Positions 24,685 through 35,904 of a stretch of 64,000 nt of DNA are shown one piece after another. Position numbers and translations under genes: made by a program. Below the pieces are notes generated by a model. That model ran no database searches, was not told where the DNA came from, and worked only from the letters and a program-made list of their open reading frames with translations. Position 1 is the stretch's first letter. Each line of letters begins with the position of its first letter. This stretch comes from Parasitella parasitica NRRL 2501 (Eukaryota > Fungi > Mucoromycota), in the NCBI GenBank assembly GCA_025201805.1, contig MU619241.1, forward strand, positions 85,480 to 149,479, written 5' to 3'.

Positions 24685-26126
24685 TTAAACCAAACCAGCA
24701 TCTTGCATAGCTTGTTTCAAAGTAGTACCCAGCTTGGCAGGGGAAGGAGTGACATGAACACCAGCACGTTCCAAAGCCTTGATCTTATCGCCAGCACCAC
24801 CCTTACCACCGGAGATAATGGCACCAGCGTGGCCTATATATAATACACTATTAATCTACATAGCCCACATATACACCAATTAGAAACTTACCCATTCTAC
24901 GACCAGGAGGAGCAGTTAAGCCTGCAATGAAAGAGACGACAGGTTTAGGAGTATCTCTAGTCAAATTGTATTGGGACAAGAATTCAGCAGCTTCTTCTTC
25001 AGCAGTGCCGCCAATTTCGCCAATCATAATAATACCTACACGCACAAGAGTCAGAACCTACCTCCAACACGATTATTATAAGATAACCCCTCGATCACTT
25101 ACCCTCAGTCTCATCATCTTCCAAGAAAACCTTGAGACAATCAATAAAGTTGGATCCGTTCAAAGGATCACCACCAATACCAACACACAAGGTTTGACCG
25201 AGATCAACGTCGGTAGTTTGTTGGACAGCCTCATAAGTTAAGGTTCCAGAACGTGAAACAATACCGACCTTACCACGCTTCAAGATGGAACCGGGCATAA
25301 TACCAATCTTACATTGCTCGGCAGAGATCATGCCAGGACAATTGGGACCAACCAAACGAGTCTTGTTTTGAGTCATCAAGGCCTGCTTAACACGGATCAT
25401 GTCATGTTGAGGGATGCCTTCAGTGATGGCAACAACCAAGGGAATTTCGGCTTCAATTGCATCCAAAACAGCTTGGGCTGCAGCGGGAGGGGGGACGTAG
25501 ATTACACTAGCATCAGCTTTGGTAGCCTCAGCAGCCTAATTATATATATATATATATATACATATATATATAGATTTTTTTTTTAGTCTAAAAGTTTTCC
25601 TTTTTCATTATATCGGAATCATTTACCTCACGGACTGTGCCGAAAACAGGAAGGCCAAGATGAGTTTGGCCAGCCTTCTTGGGGGATACACCACCCACCA
25701 TCTTGGTGCCATATTCGATAGCTTGTTGAGAGTGGAAAGTGCCCTAATTACCAAAAGTTTCTTTTCAGTATTTCAAACACGTAATATTATTTCCCAGCGA
25801 GTTTTCCCCACATCCATTCAGATATTTTAAATGGATATCCCGACATTTCTGTGAATATTTTACCTGTTTACCCGTGAAACCCTGACAGATAACCTTGGTG
25901 TTCTTGTTGATCATCAAGTTTTTATAAGTGGATTCATAACCGCCTTGGTTGGTATAAGTACGACGAGCGACTATTGAATAAAAATCAGTACATTGATGAC
26001 TGATGCGAGCTTGCTGGGCAGCGGATAATTCACTATCGCCATCGTCACTGCAACTTGGTTTTTTTTTAACAAATTACCATTGAGGGTTGAGCGTAAAACA
26101 GAAGACGTCTTGGTAGCTAATTGCAT
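24685..26126 (-). CDS. LSC1: Succinyl-CoA ligase alpha subunit, mitochondrial (multi-exon)
   Basis: [11 protein letters not shown]|[53 protein letters not shown]|HAGA. Confidence 0.96.
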
Positions 26127-26453
26127 TTTTGTTATTAGCTAGTTTGAAGTTTTGAGAAAGAAAGAGAGAGGCGAGATTAAAGAAGAAAAAAAAAAGGTCG
26201 TTTTTAATCAGGGGTAAGCTTTCAGGGTGACGTTGGATATTACTGCAATGTGAGCGACCTGACTTTATAACAGAACGCAACCAGCACGACCCTACTGGTG
26301 ATGCCCTGAGTAAACTGGCATCGACTCATTTGTCAATGAAATCGAAACGATTTTAAACTCCTAGAAGAAAACTTTTGTAGCTGCTTATAACATTTCCATT
26401 AAAATTGTCGCCATTTTCCTTTTCTTTTCCTTCACAAAACTATATCCGGAAAT

Positions 26454-27271
26454 ATGAATGATTTTGCCAGTGAACCTAGTGAAGGGGCAACTTCCAGCTT
26501 ATTAGCTCAGAAATCCCAAATTGAAAGAGTAAGTTGTGATAATTTCTTTGGTGGGTCTCCATTAATATGTGATTGTTAGCGTTTTCAACAGATACTCGAC
26601 CAAGTTACACCTTTTACGCCTTATCGATGGATTGGGACAACTGTACTTTTAATATTGTTTATGTTTCGTGTTATCTATGCTGAAGGATGGTATATCATTG
26701 CGTAAGTTTTGCTTTGTCAGTGCTAAACGACTCGACTATGCTTGCTAATTTTTTCGGTAAATCTAGATATGCTTTAGGTACAAAAAATAGGATAGGACAA
26801 CTGTATCAGAAATAATATTAAATCTATTGTAGGCATCTATATCTTGAACTTATTTTTGGCATTTTTGACACCAAAGTTTGACCCTTCTATTGAAATGGAC
26901 ACTCAAGCAAGCGAAATGGAGGAGGGACCTTCACTTCCCATGAAAAATGACGAGGAATTCAAACCATTCATTCGTCGTTTGCCTGAATTCAAGTTTTGGT
27001 AAATAAAAGAGTGTGAGGTAATCGGAAGATAATTGTCTACTAATAGATCAATTTGTTTTATAGGTATTCTGTAACCAAGGCAACCGTTATTTCGATCGTT
27101 TGTTCATTGATTCCCTTTTTCGACATTCCTGTTTACTGGCCCATTTTATTAATGTATTTCATCATTCTTTTTGGATTGACCATGCGCCGACAAATCAGCC
27201 ATATGGTAAAATATAGATATATTCCATTTGATTTAGGTAAAAAGAGTTATAGCAATAGAAGAAGAGTATAG
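26454..27271 (+). CDS. RER1: ER retrieval receptor Rer1 (multi-exon)
   Basis: [65 protein letters not shown]. Confidence 0.96.
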
Positions 27272-27639
27272 AAAAATCAGAAGGAAAAATTAATACAACT
27301 TTTATACATAATAAATTGTAAATCACTTGATAAACAGATGCCAAAACATGTATTTAAGGCAAGCAGCATTCGACAATTATATATTTTTTAAAGAATTATG
27401 TGATATCTGATTAGGTACCTTTGTCTCCTACTCAAAGCATGTTGCATTATTATACAGCAATTTTGAAACTAGAAAATATTTTCAAGGTAACATTTTCTTT
27501 TCAGTCCTCAACAACTTGCTTTATTATCCTTATCTTTTCGCTGTGTTGTACATCTAGTAAAAATGCACAGTCTTTTTTAACTGTGCAGAGTTGTTCTTTT
27601 TTTCTCAGCACTGCTTTCAACTTTTTAATACACGTGAAG

Positions 27640-28498
27640 ATGAGTATGATATTTTCAAAAGAGTTGCCACAATCCTCTCTCACAAGCCAAGATGATCAGT
27701 CTTCATTATGCATGGAGAAATTTGATAATCCTCCTCGCACATTATATGATGAAATAGGTCAACAGGAACAAGATTTCAATGTAAATACCCAAATACGAAC
27801 ACAATACAGTTTCATAACAAGCTTTTGTATTTAGTTAGCAACACAAAATCAAGTAGAAAAAACTATTAGCAAAAACTCTCCATTTTTGTGTTCATATTTT
27901 TCTTCAATAGGATGAAGATTGGAAAACCCTAGTTTTTAGATTACAAGTTGAAAATACAAGCTTAGTCAATTCACTACATGAAACCAACAATAATTTAATA
28001 CGATCCAGACATGAGAAAGAGGAATTAGAGGAATTTATCCAACGGCAAACAGAAACAACCGATAGTATTGTCGCTCGGTTGAAAGATACAGTGACAAATT
28101 TGATTGAAAATCAAAAGGTAGTGGTCTACATGTATAGAAAACACGCACTTTCAAATTGATTGATAACTACATATAGCAACAAACGAGTAGTCAAAATAAA
28201 GAAACCTTGCATGACGAAATTATCGAACAAAAGGATAACCTAATATTAGATTTAGTTTTTCAAAAAAAATATCTTTTGATAGAGAACCGTGCACTACGAG
28301 AAAGGTATAGCTAGGTTTCCATTAGGCAATGACTCCATTTGTTAATATCCAATACCTACGAACTTACATAGCCAACAAGAGATTAACGATTACTACGGTA
28401 TTCGACCAAGAAAACCAAATGACGCACTGTTTAGATTACGATCCTGTGTATATGCCCTGATAGCTCTACAGCGATTTATTAGAAGGAATCAAATATAA
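27640..28498 (+). CDS. Miniature coiled-coil + PACT-domain (pericentrin/Pcp1/Spc110-like) protein, 206 aa, 5 exons
   Basis: Exons 27640-27780, 27835-27852, 27911-28117, 28177-28304 and 28372-28498 splice in frame. The C-terminus reads DLVFQKKYLLIENRALRESQQEINDYYGIRPRKPNDALFRLRSCVYALIALQRFIRR. Confidence 0.75.
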
Positions 28499-28764
28499 TG
28501 TCAAATTTCGCTTTTCCAGTAACATCAGCAAGCCCTATTTGAGCTTGCCGTTTCATATACAAATAAATTGATGCTTTTCCAGTTAATAAGTAGATATTTT
28601 TGGGGAATAACTCTTGTCAGTAGTATCGTAAAATTACTTGACCACAGAATGAGAAATTATCAAATGATTTTATTTCAAATTTCGACAGTGAAAACGTGAA
28701 ACTGTTTTTGCGATAACTTTTGATAGAAATATCGCCTAATAGAAAGCAAGTTAGGCTCGAATAG

Positions 28765-29433
28765 CGATGATCATGCTTGATTGAATGAAGCATAAAACAT
28801 GGTTTCCTTTGTTCTTAAACGTAGTCTACAAGCGCTTATATGCAATTTTCATATGATTTCTGCTGATAATTATCTAAACAATATCGATTTTATTGTGGAT
28901 AGAAATGTTTTTATTCTAGAGAACTGAGCTGTCGTTATTTCTTATCATAAAACTTTAGATCCATAAAATTTTACTTTTGATTTTGCCATTGTTCAAAAAT
29001 AATACTAATGAAGTTGAAGTTTTTAATCCTAAAACCAGTTATAAACTCAACTGAGAAGTACAATAATATCAGATCATGAAACATATTTCAACACGGATAT
29101 AGATATGATGATATGGCAATAATAGGCATCGTTTCATTGCAGTTATGTACAAAACTGGTTTGATTTTATAATCTCAAATATTTTTGCTTATACAAACTTC
29201 TGTTGTAGAACCGAGATAAAACTTGGAAAATATAGCGAAAATTCGGCACTATCGCATAAAAGCAGATCTATTCATGAAAAATTAACATATACAAAGTTAT
29301 CAGCAGAAAAAGCGATTTGCATATAACATATAAAAATATATACCTTGTCGTAAATGATACAAGCATGGTCAATGGTTCATTCTAAGCTAAAATGTAAATG
29401 AAACTCTCGTCAGTCAATGACGAGTAGAGGTTA
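28765..29433. mobile_element. Degenerate foldback element / MITE relic, possibly piggyBac-type
   Basis: Inverted pairs: TGATCATGCTTG vs CAAGCATGGTCA; TTATATGCAA..TTTCTGCTGATAA vs TTATCAGCAGAAA..TTGCATATAA; AAAACCAGTT vs AACTGGTTTT. The right end reads ...AGAGG-TTAA. Confidence 0.45.
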
Positions 29434-29525
29434 AAGGGAATCCGGTGAGAATACCTTTAGAACCGACAAGAAGGTTTATTTAGGGAAAAACTTTCCCTTG
29501 AGAATTAATTACTTGTTGAGTTTAT

Positions 29526-29535
29526 NNNNNNNNNN
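29526..29535. other. Assembly gap (10 N) followed by poly-A
   Basis: N run in the sequence. Confidence 1.
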
Positions 29536-30456
29536 AAAAAAAAAAAAAAAAAAAAAGCTTTATTTGTCATCAGCATCAAGTATTGAAAATACACGTGCAA
29601 AAATTCGGGAACTTACTTCTCTCAAAATATGGCAATCATATATCATAGCATAACATTAGGTAAAATAGTCAAAATGGCAAAAGATCCCGTTGAGTTTCTG
29701 TTTCTTGAAAAGGTGTAAAGGCTGATACAAGATTCGCCAGCAGGAATGTAAACTTATGCGAATATATTTCTTGGATTATGGTGTTGTTGATGAACGCGAA
29801 ATCCAACAACAGTTAATTAAAAAAAAGTTCTTGCTTTCATCTAGTTGGTGATAGCGTAAAAACAGGTGAATCGTTTGTTTTTGCTTTTGCGGCTAAAAAC
29901 AATACATAAATTGACATGTTTTAAACTGTGCCTGGATTATATTATGTGGCAGCAAAGTAATAGACTAATTACCATGTGTCGTTCAGCTAACTTTGAATGG
30001 TTTTAAGGGTGTATTATATATTATGCATAGAAACAAAATTTTCTGATTCTATATGCATATGGATATATTCGACAATTTGTAAACAGAAACTTTCACCCAT
30101 TTCCTAATATTCTCAACTCCCAATCTAATTGCAGCACATGTCTTGTTGATAAAGAGGATAGTCTTCTGATAGATTCAGTGGCTGGTCGTTTAGGCACGAA
30201 TCTGTCGTACGTGTGTGATAAATTAATAAGCTTTATAATTCGAACATGTCCTTATCTTTTCAAGCCAAAGGCGTAACCCTAAAATTCACATTTGACCGAC
30301 TTAAAAAAGATATATCGCTATTCAGACACAAGCCCTGATTCGTATTTGATACATAAATTAAACGTACACAATACAGAAAGACATTCCTAAAGGACATTCA
30401 TACAAGAGGCGCAGAAGCAAACACAGGCAGACACGTATTAGACAAAAAGATATTTA

Positions 30457-32648
30457 TTAAACTGCTTCATCCGAATTTGTGGTTGCAAAATGGGTAATTG
30501 AAGATGAAGGTCCGCTTCCGCCACCAGTTCTTTTCTTATTGTTATTTGTAATGTCCGTATCCATTGGGTCATCCACAATCATATCGCTGCTACTTTGGTT
30601 TGATGCATTTGAGCTTGATCTTCTTCTTAGTTGGTTGTTATTATTTGGGTAAGGGCAGCATGAATTAAGCATATCTTGCTGTTCTTGCTGATCTGTATTG
30701 TTACTATTCGTGGTTGTAGTTGTACTGTTTTGACTTAAATGAAGATGTGATAATTCACTGCTCATCATACTAGGTGAGGCTGTTCCATTGTTATTTGAAG
30801 TGGTGTTATTTGAAACACAGCGTAGAGGAAGATGGTGAAGGTGATGAAGGTGGTGATGGTGGTGATGATGGTGATGGTGAAGATGATGTTGATCAGGGGA
30901 AGCAGATCGACGGTTACTTGTGTTGATCAGGGTACAAGTATTTGATGTGGACGATGCATCCACATTTAAATTAGCAATTGAGCTAGCTTCATTATTATTA
31001 GAAACCATATCTGAACCATTTTGATCTAGTAAATCAGGTGTAGACAAACGAAGTCTTTTTATGTCATTTACATCGTTACTAGATGTTCTACGATGGTGTC
31101 TTCTACTGGAAGTTGTGCTGCTGCTATTGTTTGATTCCATCAGTGGGGAAACTGTCCCTGTAACTGTCGTCATGTCCTCAGTGCTTGCTGATGAGGATGT
31201 AGCAGCAGTGCTTGGAGAAGCGCTGCCAGACGCATTCTCCATGATAACATCATTGTCGGGATGTGTATTCTCTGCAACTAACAAAGAAGTAGAGCAAGGA
31301 GTCGAGGGCGGAGGAGGTGCCACAACAATAGATTGATCTGTGTTTACAACAGGGATGCTACTTGATGATGCTGCCGCTGCTAAAGATGTTGACAAAGCAG
31401 ATGGGGATAGCAGAGAATTGTTATTATCAGAAACGTCACTAGCAGTAGTAGATGGAACCCCACGCTTTTTTCTGAGCTTAGCACCCAGAGTCTCTCTTTC
31501 CTTTCTAGCAGCTTCTTGAAGCATGACACATTTCACTTTATAATCAATATTGGCTGGGCTTTGAAGATACATAAAAAATTCAGACAATTTTGAGAAATCC
31601 CATTCTTTTGTAAATGCTCTTAAGAATCTTTCTCTTTGAAAACTTGATGTCGTTGTATAAGGTGCAGATGATAAGACCATTGTAATCAGTGTGGTTGTAT
31701 ACTGCGTTGCCCAACTATGTGTCAAGTGACGCAAAAGGTGCGCTCGCCGTAGGTCACCTATTTTTGTTAATTTGTTTAAGGGGGAAGGAGATGAAAAACC
31801 ATACATTTTATAAATGTAATAATGCAAAGGAGATAAAGAAGATGGTAAATAAATGTTAATATCATCATGTCTACTATTTAGGGGAAGACCCTATACAAGC
31901 GAATGTATTACTTGCCTGCTTCATCACACCAGTCTACGGTCACATGTCGCACTAGAGTACTTATACTCTCTAGACGCCAATCGCTTATAAGCCATTTCAA
32001 AGCATTTATAATACGAACCAAAGGATATTCATTAGCGATGCGATGCAAATACATGGCAGTGACCAGGACATTTTCTTCTGATTTTAACCAAGAATAAAAT
32101 GAAGCATCGTACAATTGATCCATACATTTAATATTGCGATAAACATCTTTCCAATTATCTTCAGTTGAATCCTTCAATACCATTGGTTTGTTCAGATTGC
32201 AATTGGCTGTGGTAGCACTCGTGAATGTGTGTGATGTGGTTGCGGATGTGGTGATGTTTGTGGATGATGTTGTTGTTGATATTGTTGATGCTGCTGTAGA
32301 TGCTGCTGTAATACCTACTGCAGTAATATTTATGGTTGGTAAAAATAAAAAAAAATTTCTTTATTTGGTTGTCATAGCAACCAATAAACAAATAACTTGA
32401 TACTTACAAGGACATCTATTTGATTTTGTGCCTGCCCATTCAGCTACAGTCAGCCCATGAAGCGGCGTACGAGAAGGTAAATGAAAATCCAATTCTTGCG
32501 AAGGAGGTGAAGTGGGTATATAATGTAAAAAAGGGGCAGTTAATAGCGGTATATCACTAGTGTGTGTATTGGATCTTGAAGAGGATGAGGAAGACGTAGC
32601 AATAGATGTAATATTATTCGGCGGCAAGGCTGAAGAGTGACTAGGCAT
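30457..32648 (-). CDS. Hypothetical protein: short Trp-rich helical core flanked by S/T/N/H low-complexity regions (3 exons)
   Basis: Exons join as ...CP|LGITAAS...WKDVYRNIKCMDQLYDASFYSWLK...WCDEA|GDLRRAHLLRHLTHSW...; long open last exon; second intron is GC-AG (31758-31915). Confidence 0.75.
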
Positions 32649-32864
32649 GATTCTGCGATATAAAGAGAAAGCGAAAGAGAAAGAAAGTAGAAAGAGGAAT
32701 AAGAAAAAAGAAAAAAGAAAAAAAGAGGGAAGATATAAATATCCCTGTTTTCCCTATACTTGCTGATATATAGTGAGTCCGACTCAAACCGAATCAACAC
32801 AAACAAAAGAGACATTTGAACTGGCTGCTCGTTGTGCAACCCCCACAAGCGCTTTATTTGGTAT

Positions 32865-33483
32865 TTATAACTTTGTGGATGGTGTGCTACCATATCTTGG
32901 AATAGATCTCTGACTAGATCGAGTGTTTCTAACAAAATAACCACTGCTGGGGTGGTAACTAGACTCTCCATGATTTAACCAAGAATATTGATGATCGTTA
33001 TTTTGACTTGATAAGAGTGCCATGTAGGTTTCCTCCTCCCTTGTTTCGCGATCAATGATAAAACTCAAAATAACTGACACTAATAATGCGATCAACTAGA
33101 GCTGAAATGAGTATCCACTCAATTCATCAGTAGATGTAGTTACCTGTGTTGCTAATAGAAAGATTACCGCAATCGTTATATATTGATGGCACTGTTGAAT
33201 ACGACTGACCACTGCTTGTTTGCATCCGATATCTACACTCAAAGCGGCTGCACATGTCTTTGGAACAGCTCTGTCCTGTATTGATTCATAGCCACAGCAT
33301 TTAATGCTGCGAAACAAACTCAATGTTTGTCTGGCATGGCTTTGCTTATTGTCCTTACCTTTGCTCTAATTCCAGTAGAAATCTAGAATCTTTTTGCTGG
33401 AAAAAATCCCAAGATTTGCTTCCATAATTGTCGAGCTAATTAAGAAAAAACAATGAATGGGTTAAGGAGTGAATACATTATGC

Positions 33484-33547
<64 letters not shown>

Positions 33548-34032
33548 CTTTCTTGATTTACTTGTGTTTGGTGAGTGTAGGCCAATCCCATAATAACTGC
33601 TTGATTGCTTAGTACAATAAACGATGTATTAAGTCATAAACCTTACTCAATTCTAGTATTAGCGCAATTGCAGTTATGCTGCTATATGTATTCAAAAACC
33701 CTGTGTGTTCCAAATGTGCACCAAAACATCCAATAAAGCTTGCTAATGTGATGATCCCACCCAGCACTAACAATGCAATGGATATTGTTTTGCTTGTCGC
33801 CGAGTTGATTAAATATGCACCTTTTCTCTCTAGGTAAGTTTTTGGCGTCTATTTATTTCATTCAATAATGTGCTGTACCTATGGATGTGATGGCAAGGCC
33901 GATAAACTGTTGCGGTATGAGTGTCTGATGTCGTTAACAAAGTGGGACTTATTTTACCATCATACACAGCTGAAAAGAACCGACATATTCACGTAAGGTT
34001 TGAGACCTTTTATACATTGCTCGATCGTCCAT
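32865..34032 (-). CDS. Tetraspanin (about 7 small exons)
   Basis: Four hydrophobic segments; IALLVLGGIITLASFIGCFGAHLEHTGFLNTY; large extracellular loop with the CCG motif (IKCCGYESIQDRAVPKTC...GC); TM4 and cytoplasmic tail. Confidence 0.88.
33486..33547. repeat. Homopolymer run (poly-T on +) inside a tetraspanin intron
   Basis: About 62 consecutive T. Confidence 0.9.
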
Positions 34033-34202
34033 TTTATTACAGTGTGTATACAAAGAGATTCTTTGTTTTTTGTTTGATTAAAAATACAGATTAGAAAGAG
34101 GGAAAAAAAGGGGGTGGGAGGGGGTTTAGAAACGAAGAAAAATACAAGCTACGCAATGGGAACAAACAAAAATTCACAAACACTGCTGACATTATGCAAA
34201 AC

Positions 34203-34766
34203 TTAAATGTAACCATTCACTTGTAGCGTTTTTTTGCCATAAATGACAGTGTTTAAAGTGACAGCGCCGAGTAAAGCAATTGGGATAGGCTTCATGGATT
34301 TCATGGCAGTCTTTGCATTCAAGAAACTCCACGACAAACACCAAGCTACTTGCTTGTAAGTCTCTAATGTAACCGTAATCCTAAATTTATCTTACCCATT
34401 GCAATTCCAGATCCATTCTCTGCATCACCTGCATTAGTCACATAACTATATTCCAGATACTGAATCGCACAACTCTCCATTCTGTTTCTACAAACTTACC
34501 CTGCTCCAGCAAAGATGCCCGTAAATGCCATGGTTTGAAACAAGCCTGGAATGCCTGGAGACTTTCGAACAGAAAGCGGCAACGTTGCCAATGCTATATC
34601 AGAATATTAGATGGCCATATCATCCAAATCCTTGCTGTACATTTGTATTACTGGCAGCTGACAATGCCCACATAGGGTAGGGCGACTCTGACTGTTTGTC
34701 AATCCATGTGCTTAACTTGTCCTGTACAGACGGTCCTGCTGTTGCTGCTGCTGATTCGGTTGACAT
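34203..34766 (-). CDS. AIM19: Aim19-like small mitochondrial membrane protein (4 exons, absent from ORF track)
   Basis: Spliced MSTESAAA...SPYPMWALSAA|TLATLP...FTGIFAGAG|YVTNAGDAENGSGIAM|AWCLSWSFLNAK...PIPIALLGAVTLNTVIYGKK; the GD.ENGSG...AW pattern is typical of Aim19. Confidence 0.8.
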
Positions 34767-35904
34767 GCTTCAGGGTAATACTTGAAAGAAACCTTGTATT
34801 GCTCAGGGGTACAATAGATGCCAGGCTTTTGTCAAAGAAAATGTGACGTTCATTGCTATGTATGCACCGAGCTGGTCTGCATGTTGTTTTGAATGATCCC
34901 AATGATTTACAATCCGCAAAGAGATGCTTTGGTCTGATTAGTCGACATAAAAATGCTATCGTCGTAATTTGTGTTTGATCAATAGCGTGCATATTATTTT
35001 ATGCATGCAAGATTAGATACAATGGCTGACGAAACTTGAAATGCTAGTAACCACCATCTAGCTTTTTGTATCATGCTGACATGGCCTTGTCCCATAGCAT
35101 AGCTTCTCAACAAGAACTGCTCATTTGAGAGACTTACATTCTTTACTGGCCATCTTTATTGTTATTTCGAATGCCATTAGACCTTAATACTGACTAGCCG
35201 CAGCTAGCACAACGGACTGCAACTCAACTTGTAAGTGTAAGCCTTCTCCTGCGGGCGAAAAGGTATTTAAAAAGGGGAAAATGCTCGGATACAAATTTCG
35301 GCGATCTGTAAGAATCGAGGTCAAGTACAGTACCTAACAATACCTTTTGGAAATATATTTTGCACTAGTATAGAATATCCAAAGTTTATAGCAAAACCAT
35401 CCTGCTGCGATCTATCAGTATACCTCATCATGATTCAAACCTTGGTCGTGGTTCGTGACGGTAATGGCATGCCAGGTTGATTTTGTCACCCCAAAAAGAC
35501 AATAGCAGCATTTCCCTTCGATAAACAAGACACAGTACATTAAGGATAGGCCTACAATCATTAGGTATAGTTGCGACAGCATAAACAAATGCAAAAATTA
35601 GTTTTGGTTAGTATTTGGAACATTTAATAGTGGCCCATTGTAGAGATTTTTCATAAATGCGTTCATCTCTTTGAACCAACTATTAATACAATAGATAGTC
35701 GGGTATTGAGGGAAATTTCATAATTACAATCTTTCACAAAGCAGTGGCAATAACAGTGGTACAGGATGTATCAACTGCAGAACCAGCAGCTACAAACACT
35801 GCTTTGTTGATAGCAGCTTAAGCAAAAAAAAAAGTGTTTCGGGCTTGTTGTTGTTTCGCTCTCTGCTACCTTCTTTTCTCTATATCTTGACTCTTTTATC
35901 GGTC

